Source: Octopus vulgaris (Eukaryota). From it: 64,000 nucleotides of DNA. The stretch is taken from positions 4,340,001-4,404,000 of the forward strand of contig OX597819.1 in the NCBI GenBank assembly GCA_951406725.2, read 5' to 3'. Both the position numbers and the translations under genes were made by a program. Shown here piece after piece: positions 1-12,826 of the stretch. The stretch's first letter is position 1; every line of letters starts with the position of its first letter. Under the pieces are notes generated by a model. The model saw only the letters and a program-made list of their open reading frames with translations. It had not been told where the DNA came from and made no database searches.

Positions 1-99
1 TGAACTACAGTCTCTTAGATAAGACTATCGAATATATTATTATCGAAGATATTACTATCTTTGCAGAGCAAAAGCGGTTTAACTGAAGTGTTTCGAACT

Positions 100-600
100 A
101 CAGCATGAATCCTTCAGAAAAACGTTCCGGTACAAACTCTGTTTTCGACAATAGTGGACTACATCCTGAGGTAAAAGGCTTGACCACACCCAAAGATTCA
201 GCATCTAGCAGAAGCGATCAAAATGTCAGCAGAACTTGTGTCTCTCTGATCTCAACTCTGATAATGAGCTTTTTCACCTGAGCTAACTCATCATTTGTGT
301 GATGTGCAAGACTTATTAACAACCTCTAATTGAAAAGTCGGTCTGTTTTTTGTCAATGCAAAGAAAACCCAATATATGCCCATCAGTGACAATGAAAGCT
401 ACCCGCCAATTTGTTCCAACAATGGCACCCAACTCTTGGATGTCAGTGATTTCAAGTACCTTGCTCTTACATTGCTGACAGTAGAAAAGAAGTTCCGACA
501 AGGGTCAACCCTGGAGTACCTGTAAGAAGCCTAAAAACTGTTGGCAATCATTTCAAAGTTAATAAGGTTAGCTTTCTTCGGGAAATGTTTGAAAAGAATT
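100..600 (+). mobile_element. Degraded non-LTR retrotransposon RT fragment (RTE-like)
   Basis: Manual translation gives IVDYILR (~150) and VNAKKTQYMPISDNESYPPICSNNGTQLLDVSDFKYLALT (352-470), matching the RT 'GLxVNxxKTxYM...VxxFKYLG' region; frameshifts and stops present. Confidence 0.65.
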
Positions 601-1119
601 CTCTCCAAAGCTGAAACCTGGATTATGAACAAGGATCTTCAAAGTTTCCTTGTATAATATAGTACTAGATACAATGCACCTGAAAAAGGCTATTAGTTAA
701 GGTTTAAACACTTACTTCATAAGGATCCAAAACCTGTAATAGCTGGATTCCTTATTTAATTAATTGTGATTAACGTTTCAGGATCGTCTCTTTATCATTT
801 TTGACCACAATTAGTAAATTAGAAAATAATGTTCCATCACAAATGTTATAATTTTCTTTAATTTAAATTCCTTGGCTTATATCAAGCATTCTAGTGACCA
901 TTTTAGTATAAAGTATGTTTTAGATTTACTTGTAGTTATAAACCTGGTTCATAACTCACAGTGCAAACAAGACTCACGTCAAAAAGGCCTAACATTTTTC
1001 TCTTATACTGCAACTACAAAACTTCGTAGATAGTTGAAGACTAATTTTGGGCTGACTTTCTGTAAAACGAATTTCCATTTCATTCACTTTAACTAAATAT
1101 ATTTCAAGAATAAAGGTTT

Positions 1120-1315
1120 TTAATTTTGGCACAAGGCCAGTAATTTTGGGATGTGGGCAAGCTGATTACGTCAGCCCTAGTGTTCAATTAGTCCTTATTT
1201 TATCAAACTCGGAAGGATGAAAAGCAAAGTCGACCCCGGCGGAATTTGAACTCAGAACGTAAAGACGGACGAAATGCAGCCCGTCGTGCTAACTATTCTG
1301 CCAACTCACCGCCTT
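1120..1315 (-). mobile_element. SINE family B (tRNA-derived, Meta-domain-like core)
   Basis: Reverse complement of the recurring GTTCTGAGTTCAAATTCCGCCGAGGTCGACTTTGCCTTTCATCC...GGCCTTGTGCCAAAA repeat. Confidence 0.8.
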
Positions 1316-1349
1316 ACATTTACTCGAAATATCATCTACATGCAAGGCT

Positions 1350-1542
1350 TCAATCTCGCAGAATCGTTAGCACGTCTAGCTTTTCGTCTATCTTTGTGTT
1401 CTGAGCTCAAACTCTGCCGAGGACGACTTGCCTTTCATCCTTTCAGAGCCAATGGAATAAGCACCAGTTAAGCACTGGGATCGATGCATTCGACTTAAAC
1501 CCCATCCCTGAAAATGCTGGCCTTGTGCCAACATTTGAAATT
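1350..1542 (+). mobile_element. SINE family B
   Basis: GCAGAATCGTTAGCAC head, GTTCTGAGCTCAAA B-box-like motif, GCCTTTCATCCTTTC core, GGCCTTGTGCCAAC tail. Confidence 0.8.
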
Positions 1543-1555
1543 AGTATTATCGATA

Positions 1556-1960
1556 GGCGCAGGAGTGGCTGTGTGGTAAGTAGCTTGCTAACCAACCACA
1601 TTGTTTCGGGTTCAGTCCCACTGCGTGGCATCTTGGGCAAGTGTCTTCTGCTATAGCCTCGGGCCGACCAAAGCCTTGTGAATGGATTTGGTAGACGGAA
1701 ACTGAAAGAAGCCTGTCGTATATATGTATATATATATATATATATGTATATGTGTGTTTGTGTGTCTGTGTTTGTCCCCCTAGCATTGCTTGACAACCAA
1801 TGGTGGTGTGTTTACGTCCCTGTTACTTAACGGTTCGGCAAAAGAGACCGATAGAATAAGTACTGGGCTTACAAAGAATAAGTCCCGGGGTCGATTTGCT
1901 CGACTAAAGGCGGTGCTCCAGCATGGCCGCAGTCAAATGACTGAAACAAGTAAAAAAAAA
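1556..1960 (+). mobile_element. SINE family A (tRNA head, internal TA/TG microsatellite), full length
   Basis: A box TGGCTGTGTGG, B box GGTTCAGTCCC, 3' GGCGGTGCTCCAGCATGGCCGCAGTC then A-rich tail; at least 10 similar copies in the window. Confidence 0.9.
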
Positions 1961-2549
1961 TGCATCTCCTCCAGCTATCTTTATACCTTTGTTGCATAGA
2001 GAGGACTATTAAAAGAACAAAAACAAATTCCAGCCATTGTACGTTCTTCTTGCAGAAGTGAGTCAAGTCAACGGAATAAACTTCGTATCGTATCAAGTTA
2101 TGTTATTCTGAGATCAACGTTTAAATAGTATATGGATCGACTAAGAAGACCTCTTTTAAATTATGTTTCTCTTATGCTTCTCGTTAAATTAGAACTGAAG
2201 CGATTCAATATTGATTTTCTACCTAATCAAATTAATTGAACATATACGTTTATATATGTGCACACATACAGATACACATGCACGTATGGGTATGTATGGT
2301 TGTATGTATGCACATAGTTGAATATACACATGCATAGATATGCATGTATGCAAGTATGAATGAATATATGAATCATGAGGAAATGAAAGAAGAGGCGGGG
2401 CAGTAGACTAAATACCCTACAATACTTAAAGTTCGCCATGTAAGTTCAAATTCAACAGAAATCGATAATTTCCAGTTACATACTGAGTGGATAGAGTCAT
2501 TCGGCTATATTCCTTCGGAAGTTGACCATGTGACTTGTTAAAATAAATC

Positions 2550-3132
<583 letters not shown>

Positions 3133-4689
3133 CTGCATATATAAGGGGAAATTGAAGTGACAAAGTTGTAGACTAATGATTATGTACTTTTTGTTAGAAT
3201 ACTAACAGGGAAGTTCTTTTCTATTCTGTTTTTTTTTTACATTTTTTTTTTACTTTTCATTTAGTCTGTATTAAAACATAAATCAGGAACAACTATCTCT
3301 GAACAAAAAGTTTTAAAAAAATAACTCCATGGTAACCAGTCGTTGGCGAAATTCTATTATTTACTGCTAGCAAAAGATTTCTATCTAAAAACCTATGATC
3401 AAATTGTTCTTTAGCTAAGTAATAATTTATCTAGTTGGCTATAATTTCTCTATTTTCTTCATTCTGTCTAACACTAACCCAGTCTCTGCGACAAACTCCC
3501 TACTTTTCCATTCTTCATTATAATCTCTCCGTTTATCCGTCTGTCTGTCTCTCTGCCTCCTTTCTCGGTTTGTTTTACAATAACCTAGTTGTCTGCATTA
3601 TAGACACATGGATAATACAAATGCATAAGTATATACGTACGCAAATACACACAAGCCCACTTATCTATCTGCCTATTTTTCTATCGATATACGTGTGTGT
3701 GTGTTTATGTGTGTACACACACACACACACACACACACACAAATATGTAAAAAAAACAATGCTTTACACTCTTCCTGTTACTCACACGCACTCACTCCGT
3801 CCTTGTCGTTCTGCCTTGTTCCACATCATCTGTTATTTAAAGAAAGACGCTCTCATTCATTCTGTTTTTACGACTTGGAATAGCAGAACGAAGCAACACC
3901 GAAAAGCAAGTGAATAATTCTCTCAGATCATGAATGGGCAAAGGGCCGTTCTTGGCCTGATGAGTTTCCGATTTCGATCTGCAACTGTATCACGTAATTT
4001 CTGATATGGACCATACCATTAAAAAATGCGAATTTATTTTGTAATCGCATTTCCAAACTTTGTGGTTTACAGGCATCTTAACACTTTGTCTTCAGAAGTA
4101 AATATGAAAACTTGATAAATATAAGTGATTAGCAACAAGAAGACTTAATCTAGGAATTTATGGGAATAAGACTTGTGGCTATGCGATGCGTTGATTTATC
4201 ACAATCTATTAGTTTTACTTAATAATATAACTTTCATGTACTTACTTTTTCGGATGAAGAGAAATATCCTGAAACGTTAGATTCTTCATTCTTCATGCTT
4301 TGGAAGCTCAAACTTTTCCGTGAACTCTCCTGTCTCATGCATCACCAAAGAGTGAAGAAAAAATCTCGTCTGATTTCTTCTGTATGGACTGGGCGAAGGC
4401 CTAAATGTGAAATCAAGAATGTCATTTTGTAACGTTATAGTACTGGGTTCTATGTACGACACAGCACATTGAGCATGGGACTTGTAGTGTAACGATGAAG
4501 TCGGCCAATGACTTGGTACGGAAATCGCATACACATAGTTTATACCACACCATAAGGCACCAAAATAGCTAAAAAAGAAAAACAACAACACTATATCAAA
4601 ACACACAACTAAATCTTCTCTGTATGTGTGTGTGTGTGTGTGTGTGTGCGTTTACCTTTAAATCATATTGCGTCCTTCCAAATCCTTTA

Positions 4690-5090
4690 TCATTTATTTT
4701 TCACGTGCTTCAGTCATTGGACTATGGCCATGCTGAAGCACTATCCGCAAGGTTTTTTTTTAGTCGAACAAATTATTCCTAGCATTTATTTTTTAAACCT
4801 GGTACTTTTTCTGTCATTCTCTTTTATACGAACCGATAATTTACCGGGACATAAACAAGCCAACATCGGTTGTCAAGTGGTAGTGGAGGACAAACACAAA
4901 GATAGACAAGCCCACACAGACACGTATACACACAGAAACACACATATTTGACGGACTTCTTTAAGTTTCCTTTACAAGGGATTTGGTCGACACGGGGTTA
5001 TAGTAAATTAAACTTGCCCAAGATACCACGCAATGGGACTAAACATGGAACCATGTGGTGAGGAAGTAAGACATAACCATACCTGCGCCT
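4690..5090 (-). mobile_element. SINE family A, older diverged copy
   Basis: Colinear with 6216-6643 with many substitutions. Confidence 0.8.
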
Positions 5091-5177
5091 ATATTGTGTA
5101 ATGTCTCCTATCCTCACATTTCGTAATTCATTAACGCTGTTTCTCTTCATATACCACGTTATCCTTTCATTCTTCAC

Positions 5178-5528
5178 TTAGCGGCTTTTCACCCGTCTTT
5201 ACGTTTTGAGTTCAAATTCCGTCAAGGCAGACTTAGCCTTTCGTCATTTCGAGGTCAATATAACCGGCTTGACTGTTCCCACAAAATTACTGGCGTTGGG
5301 CCAAAATTAGAACTCATTACTACTACTAATACTAAGATCGCAAACTGGAAAAATCATTACTGCACTGGACAGAACGCTTCGTGGCATTCCTACTGTCCCT
5401 TTACGTTCTGAGTTCAAATGCCACCGTGGTCAACTACCTTTCAGAGTTCCTAATATAAGTTCCAACTGAGCACAAGGGTTAACATAACTGACGTTTCCTT
5501 TCCTTCCGAATTACTGGTTTTGTGCCAA
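5178..5528 (+). mobile_element. Two diverged tandem SINE B copies
   Basis: TTTACGTT(T/C)TGAGTTCAAAT at ~5200 and ~5400, each followed by core and tail remnants. Confidence 0.7.
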
Positions 5529-6215
5529 CAACACAGTTATTATTATTATTATTGTTGTTGTTGTGGTTGTTGTTGTTATTATTATTATTACTATTACTAT
5601 TCTTCTTCTTTTTCTTATCATAATTATTATCATTATTATTATTATTCCCTTAAGGTTCTTCTTTGGATTGAGCTGTATCTTTTATGTTGTTGTTTGTCTT
5701 TCCCGCTGCCAGGTCTTCTTTTTCCAGTTCTCTTGTGATTTCTTCTATCTCCAATTCTGTCATCCATTTCTCCTATCAGTATTAGCTTCATCAACTAATC
5801 TATACTCAGTCACTTTAAACACATCCTTCTCTACTCAAAGTGTTAACATCAGTTTTCTATAGCCACTTCTTTTAGGTTCAACTTCTAAGAAGCACTGTAT
5901 CACTATCCACTTTGCTTCGCATGTTCAGTTCTTCCTCCTTCTTCTATTATCTGCTGATGCTGTATTTAGATAACAGCTCTGGTCAGTCTGTATCTTAACT
6001 GATCCACTGCCGAGCGAGAGGCCTTCCCTTAGAGGTCCAGCTCCGTTTTCACTGTTACAACTAGAAGTTCTACGGAAAAAACCTGTCCCTCATAAACTAA
6101 GGTCAGGTAATGTTCGTCACCATCATCATCACTACTATTATTTTTCGACATCTGTAAGTTTCAAGGAACTTCCTATTGCATCATTCCTGGCCCTTTTGTG
6201 CTGGTGGGGTGGGGT

Positions 6216-6440
6216 TTACTCTCTCTTTACTCTTTTACTTGTTTCAGTCATTTGACAGCGGCCATGCTGGAGCACCGCCTTAAATCGAGCAACTCGACCC
6301 CGGGACTTATTCTTTTGTAAGCCCAGTACTTATTCTATCGGTCTCTTTTGCCGAACCGCTAAGTAACGGGGACCTAAACACACCAGTATCGGTTGTCAAG
6401 CAATGCTAGGGGGACAAACACAGACATACAAACACACACA

Positions 6441-6481
<41 letters not shown>

Positions 6482-6643
6482 GACGGGCTTCTTTCAGTTT
6501 CCATCTACCAAATCAACTCACAAGGCTTTGGTTGGCCCGAGGCTATAGTAGAAGACACTAGCCCAGGGTGCCACGCAGTGGGACTGAACCCGGAATCATG
6601 TGGTTGATAAACAAGCTACTTACCACACAGCCACTCCTGCGCC
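6216..6643 (-). mobile_element. SINE family A, full length
   Basis: Reverse complement of 1556-1960 with (AAAAGAGT)n tail. Confidence 0.9.
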
Positions 6644-7174
6644 TTTGTTGCACTTTTTATTTTGTTGGTGGTGGGACTTGATATTGTATTGCATCAGTAC
6701 ATTTTGTTATGAGGTTTTGTCTGAGTCATTTGTTGTATATTTTTTTATATTGTGTGTTGTGTAGCGCATGTTGTGTTCTTCGGTCGAGTTTCGGCCTTCT
6801 GTGGCGCATGTTATGGGTTTTGTTCAGTTTGTTGGGCATTTACAGTATGAGTTTATTCTTGTGTGTTTTTGGAGGGGTGTTGCATAGTAGTGTGTGTATG
6901 TGTGTGTGTAACTCCTTAATCAACTATTTTATAGCAGTTATGATTATTATTATTATCAATATTATTATTATTATTATTATCATCATCATCATCATCATCA
7001 TTATTATTATTATTGTCACTTTCATTATTATCATCTTTCAATTCTATTTTTTGTATTTGCCGAGTGCCTTCCTAACATCTAGGACAGAGAAACGCACTGT
7101 ATACATTTGTAGGCCATTAAACTAATCACACCATGTAATAGAAAAAAGGGGAAGAAAGACAGACAGAAAAAGAA

Positions 7175-7205
<31 letters not shown>

Positions 7206-7239
7206 AAGCAATGCTCTTCTCAATACGTGAGACGCACCA

Positions 7240-7640
7240 GTTACTCTTTTATTATTTTATTCTTTTGTTTCAGTCATTTAACTGCAGTCATGCTGGAGCA
7301 CGACCTTTAGTCGAACACATCTATCCCAGGACTTATTCTTTCTGAGCCTAGTACTTATTCCATCGGTCTCTTTTGTCGAACCACTAAGTTACGGGAACGT
7401 AAACACACCAAGATCGGTTGTCAAGTGATGGCATGGAGATGGCGAGCTGGCAGAAACATTAGCACGCCGGGCGAAATTCTTGGAGCCGGGCGAAATATAT
7501 ACGACGGGCTTCTTTCAGTTTCCGTCTACCAAATCCACTCACAAGGCTTTGGTCGGCCCGAGGCTACATCAGAGGACACTTGCCCAAAGTGCCATGCAGT
7601 GAGACTGAACCCGGAACGATGTGGTTCGTAAGCAACCTAC
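7240..7640 (-). mobile_element. SINE family A with an internal antisense SINE B head fragment (7438-7495)
   Basis: Family A sequence on both sides of GGCGAGCTGGCAGAAACATTAGCACGCCGGGCGAAAT. Confidence 0.8.
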
Positions 7641-8543
7641 TTGAAACTTCGTATACTGGTAGAATGTATCACATAGAACATCTTTTACTCTTAGCGTTGT
7701 TGAGAAGAGTTTCTATTATCGAAGTTATTTCTTGTTAAAGTTGTCGTATTTCAATAATTTCAACTAATCAATGGCGTGTATTCAGCTGAATAAAATTACT
7801 GCTGTTGTTCGTGAACAACAACTTCCGGCGGTGTATATTTCGTTTGTCACTGTTATTTATGACATCGTTCGTGCGCTTGTACTGGTTGTAGCTTTTAAGA
7901 AAATTACAGTTTTTCTACTTAGGGTTAGGATTAAGGTTTTAGGGATAGCGTTAGGGTTTTAGGGTTAGGGTTAGGGTTTTAGGGTTTTAGGGTTAGGGTT
8001 GGGTTTTTAGGGTTAGTGTTAGGGTTTAGGGTTAGGGTTTTAGGGCTACGGTTAAGGTTAGGGTTTGAGAGTTAGGATTAGGTTTGAGGTTTTAGCGTTA
8101 GGGTTGGGATTTTAGGGTTAGGGTTAGGATTGGGGTTACGGAAAAAAGTGAAAAATGAAGAAATTGAAGGGGGGGTTAAGGGGACAAAAAATCTTAAGAA
8201 AACAGGAAAAAACCTAAAAGCAGTAGAAATGCACGAACGATTATGGTGGTGTCATGAAGTAAACGTGCTTCGGATACATTTGTTTATTGATATGTCGCAA
8301 ATAACAGGAAGTTGACAAACAACAGCAGTAATTTTATTCAGCTGAATACACGTCATTGATTGGTTGAAATTACCGAAATACGACAACTTTAACAAGAAAT
8401 AACTTCGAAAATAGAAACTCTTCTCAACAAAACAAAGAGCAAAAGATGTTCTATGTGACACATTCTACCAGTATACGAAGTTTCAAAGTGTTTAGTTAAA
8501 GAAAATTAATTAATCGAGCTGCCCATGAAAAGGAAAAGATCCC
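7641..8543. mobile_element. Long-TIR non-autonomous DNA element (foldback/MITE) with an internal degenerate telomeric tract
   Basis: 7641-~7808 is the reverse complement of ~8320-8486; right terminus ...AAAGGAAAAGATCCC recurs at 31996-32010; left terminus missing at the SINE A junction. Confidence 0.8.
7919..8138 (+). repeat. Interstitial degenerate (TTAGGG)n
   Basis: About 220 bp of TTAGGG/TTTTAGGG/TTAGGA variants. Confidence 0.9.
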
Positions 8544-8589
8544 AGTCTTTTTTGCACTTCCTGCATGGATGGTAATCCAAGGATTATTC

Positions 8590-8654
8590 TTAAATAATAA
8601 TAATAATTATCATCATCATCATCATCATCATTATCATCATCATCATCATTATTA

Positions 8655-8715
<61 letters not shown>

Positions 8716-8843
8716 TATTATTATTATTTACCTTCTCAAAATTTGTTGGTGAGAATCAGTTTGAGGTCTGAAAAAATTGTTCAGAAAGACATGAAGAAAG
8801 GAAAGAGATATAGCTTGCAGAACTATGAGTGTTTGTGTTTGTA

Positions 8844-8902
<59 letters not shown>

Positions 8903-8922
8903 TTGTGTGTGTGTGTGTGTGT
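8590..8922. repeat. (CAT)n/(ATT)n and (TG)n microsatellites
   Basis: Direct inspection. Confidence 0.95.
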
Positions 8923-9973
8923 TCGCGCTTGTGCGTATCTTTTAGAGATGTGTATCAGCGAAAGATACAAACGTTGGCGAGTAAATCGTAAAACCCTGTT
9001 GGATTTTTTCATTCTTAGTTACAGAACACGTCCCTTGTGATTCTCATTATCGTAAAAGCAGTGAACTGTGATTGACCAGTTGGGAAACTCAAACTACTAT
9101 TATTCACAATATACGATATAAAGCATAAATTAAATATACATAATAGCATTCAACTTACATAAAATAGTAAAGCATTGAGCTAGATGTTTTGGTTTATTTA
9201 AACTTTATTTATGGTCATTATTTATTAGATCAAATAACATGTGTTGATTCTTTATCTCTCGCGGATCGATAAAATAATTACCAATATATTATTAAGACTG
9301 ATTTAATCGATTGTAACGCTACAGAAAGAAGTTGACCTTATGCCCAGACAGAAGATATGCAATTTTTCTCAGCTCTTGCTTGTTTTGTAAGTGACTTTCA
9401 ACCCCATATTAACACAAAAAATCAGCTAGAATTGTGAATGAGTTCCAACTATATTTTATATTATCATGATATTATAATGTGATATCATGATAATATTGTT
9501 ATAACTCAGACCTCTTTCCTACTTATTTAGATTTAAACTTTAAAAAGGGGCCAGTCTTTACATTCCTCCGCAATTAAGTATTTAGCAATAATACAGACTT
9601 CTCTCTCGTAAAATTGTCCTATGTAAAAAGCTGATATATTTCTACTAGATTTTGGTTATTGGTCATTGGTTAGCATTGGATACAATTTTAAAGACCTAAA
9701 GAGCTTTCGATTACCTTTCTGTTATGTTTGTCTTTTGCATCGCAATCTGTAAATAATAACATCAATGATTAGACATTTCTAACAGAGTACCTCTGCTTCA
9801 CAATCTTTCTGAGGCTCTGAGACTGACAAAGGAGTTTCCGTTAAAAAGCTACTCGCTACTTTCGCCGGTGTTTCTATCCTTTGCCCATGGAGAGCGAAGA
9901 TGGGGAAAATTCAGGATAGGTCAAAAGTCACGCAGAAAACGAATTCAATAAGCTCCGGAATTGTCAAAGACAT

Positions 9974-10386
9974 ACTCTCTTTTACTCTTTTTCTCTTTTA
10001 CTTGTTTCAGTCATTTGACTGCGGCCATGCTGGAGCACCGCCTTTAGTCGAGAAAATCGACCCCGGGACTTATTCTTTGTAAGCCCAGTACTTATTCTAT
10101 CGGTCTCTTTTGCCGAACCGCTAAGTAACGGGGACGTAAACACACCAGCATCGGTTGTCAAGCAATGCTAGGGGGACAAACAGACACACAAACACATACA
10201 CACACACTTATATATATATATATACATATATACGACAGGCTTCTTTCAGTTTCCATCTACCAAATCCACTCACAAGGCTTTGGTCAGCCCGGGGCTATAG
10301 CAGAAGACACTTTCCCAAGATGCCACGCAGTGGGACTGAACCCGAAACCACGTGGTTGGTTAGCAAGCTACTTACCACACAGCCAC
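9974..10386 (-). mobile_element. SINE family A, full length
   Basis: Near-identical to 6216-6643. Confidence 0.9.
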
Positions 10387-10650
10387 ACATGCTCCAATTT
10401 TCCTAAAATTGAATAAAATAAATGAAATAAAGATGAATACAAACGTACTTGTACATTATGAACAAAGTGAATAATAATAATAATGCTTTAATATAAATAA
10501 AATATCAAATGCGCGGGAGCACGTAGGCGCACACAGACACTCACACAAACACACACATACATACGCACACACGCACAAACACACATCTAGCCACACACGC
10601 ATGTACACACGGTACACATACGCACACGCACGCATACACAGGCCCTCCGT

Positions 10651-10713
<63 letters not shown>

Positions 10714-11228
10714 CATACATATATGCATACATACATGCATATATACATGAATACATACATGAATACATACATGCATACATACATGCATATATATATATAT
10801 ATTATATATATAGGCAGGCATCGATAGAGTTTCCGTTTAATTCAACTCACAATGTATTTATCAATTTGTGACTGTTGTAGAAGGTTCTTTACCCAGGGTG
10901 ATATTTAGTTTGATGGAATCCGGGACCGCATGATTGCTAAGCAAACTTCTTAACCCCACAGCCACCATGCGTGCATTTACGGTTGTTTTATGATACTTAC
11001 TTGTCTAGCATTTAATTGCATTCCAATACATTACGTTAAGATAATAGACTGATACAACTTTGGTTAAAACTCGTCTCTTCCTTCTCCTCTTCTTTTTCTG
11101 CTCATTGCCTAATATATATTTATGCATAAGTGTGTGTGTGTGTGTGTGCACGTACGAGCGTGAATGGGAGAGAGAGAAACACCAGCATATCAAATACCAT
11201 AGAACCTAATTTTTTAATATATTAAAAA

Positions 11229-11627
11229 CTAGCAGTATCGCCCGGCGTTGCTCGGGTTTGTAAGGGAAATAACTATATAAGCACTTTTAGAGAGTTATAG
11301 CCAAAAAATAGCAAAAAAATGCATTAAAAATGGAAAAAAAAATGATGGTAACTTTTTTTTTAAAATCGTTGACTCATCGTAGACATTTTTAGAGAGTTAC
11401 TTCCCTTATATAATAGCGAAAAAATGCATTAAAATGGAAAAAAATTATGGTAATTTTTTTTTAAATCGTAGACTCATCGTAGACGCGCGCTAATACCCAG
11501 AAGGGCTCGATATGAATCACGACTATAAGATACCCGGTTTTGGTTAAACTGCACCGCAAAATGTGGGAGTAGTTAGGAATCTAAATCGTAGGAGACAGAC
11601 ACACAACTTCTCTTTTATATATAAAGA
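11229..11627 (-). mobile_element. Non-autonomous Helitron
   Basis: Minus strand starts A|TCTTTATATATAAAAG and ends CCCGAGCAACGCCGGG (hairpin)-CGATACTG-CTAG|T; AT target, no TSD; internal ~100-bp duplication. Confidence 0.9.
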
Positions 11628-12082
11628 TATTTTCCCTTTTGCACATCTAGATGATGTGTCATAATTACCAAATGGCAATTAAGACCAGCTTCATATATGA
11701 AAAGTGGAGATAATCTCAAGAGTCAAGAATTTTCCAAAGTTCACATGCCATAACGGAAAAGGACAGGCTTATTGTGAAGCGCTAAGAAGACCGTGGCAGA
11801 CACGTATTTCTTCGTCAATATGTGTAACTATTATACCAAATGCCCTACCTTATCTTCTGTATGCAAGAGACTTAAGAGGACGAAAAGCGGACAACAAATT
11901 CATAGTCTAAGTAATTTTCATAATCTTTGTTTAAATAAGCTAAGCGAAATAACTCTGAGAGTCCAATGGCAAGTATTAGAAAAATAGACAGATACAAAAA
12001 TATCAAAAGTAATACGGATATAATTTTAGTAAATCAAGGATTATGTTATATGGTATGTAATATATTTGTATTTGTGTCAGGG

Positions 12083-12826
12083 TGGAGGCACAATGGTCTA
12101 CTGGTTAGGGCAACGGACTCGCGATCGTGGGATCGTGGTTTCGATTCCCAGACCGGGCGTTGTTAGTGTTTATTGAGCGAAAACACCTAAAGCTCCACGG
12201 GAGACTCCGGCAGAGGGTGGTGGCGAACCCTACTGTACTCTTTCACCACAACTTTCTCTGGCTCTTTTTTCTTATTTCTGTTGTACCTGCATTTCAAAAG
12301 GCCAGCCTTGTCACACTCTGTGTCACGCTGAATCTCCCCGAGAACTACGTTAAGTTAAGTTAAGTTAATTTTTTGGCGCAAAAAGCAAGGCTATGTAGGG
12401 GGACATGGAGTTATGTACAGGGTTGTGTTCATGCAAAGAGTTCAGGCCATTTCTGGTCAAGAGAGACTTTGAACCGAGCAGTCGTCGGCATCTTCACTAT
12501 CTCGTCCGGCAGCTTATTCCACAGATCCGCAACCCGGACGGAGAAAGCCCCTCTCCTTCGATTGAAATGAAATCGTCGCAGATAGAGCTTTTCGGAGTGA
12601 CCCCGCAGCCGACGCTCTGGAGCAGGAGTGAAGAACAACTCTTTCGAGAGGTTACACTTTCCGCTTATGATGTTGTGAGCAAGAATGAGATCACCACGGC
12701 GTCGTCGTTAAGGATATGCGTATCTGCGGAGTGCTCAGCCACTTACACGTTAATTTCACGAGTAGGCTGTTCCGTTGATCCGATCAACTGGAACACTCGT
12801 CGTCGCAACCGACGGAGTGCCTGATA
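12083..12826 (+). mobile_element. SINE family C (tRNA-derived) interrupted by a CR1 fragment
   Basis: Head GGAGGCACAATGGTCTACTGGTTAGGGC...GGTTTCGATTCCC; homologous head at 48791. Confidence 0.8.
12355..12705 (-). mobile_element. 5'-truncated CR1-clade LINE 3' end
   Basis: RRRGDLILAHNII...RLRGHSEKL...FSVRVADLWNKLPDEIV is the CR1 ORF2 C-terminus; (TTAAC)n tail; flanking direct repeat CGTTAAG at 12348-12354 and 12706-12712. Confidence 0.9.

Noticed and set aside
1443-1796. Recurrent ORF MSSNARGTN...RLWSARGYSRRHLPK seen at several loci
   Set aside because: Antisense translation of SINE A, not a gene family
3957-3990. CTGATGA hammerhead core
   Set aside because: No downstream GAAA or compatible stems
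7919-8138. True telomere or chromosome fusion site
   Set aside because: Short, degenerate, single orientation and enclosed by TIRs
11690-12050. Possible PLE GIY-YIG C-terminal relic (WQVLEK...YKN)
   Set aside because: Too degraded; catalytic motifs not recoverable
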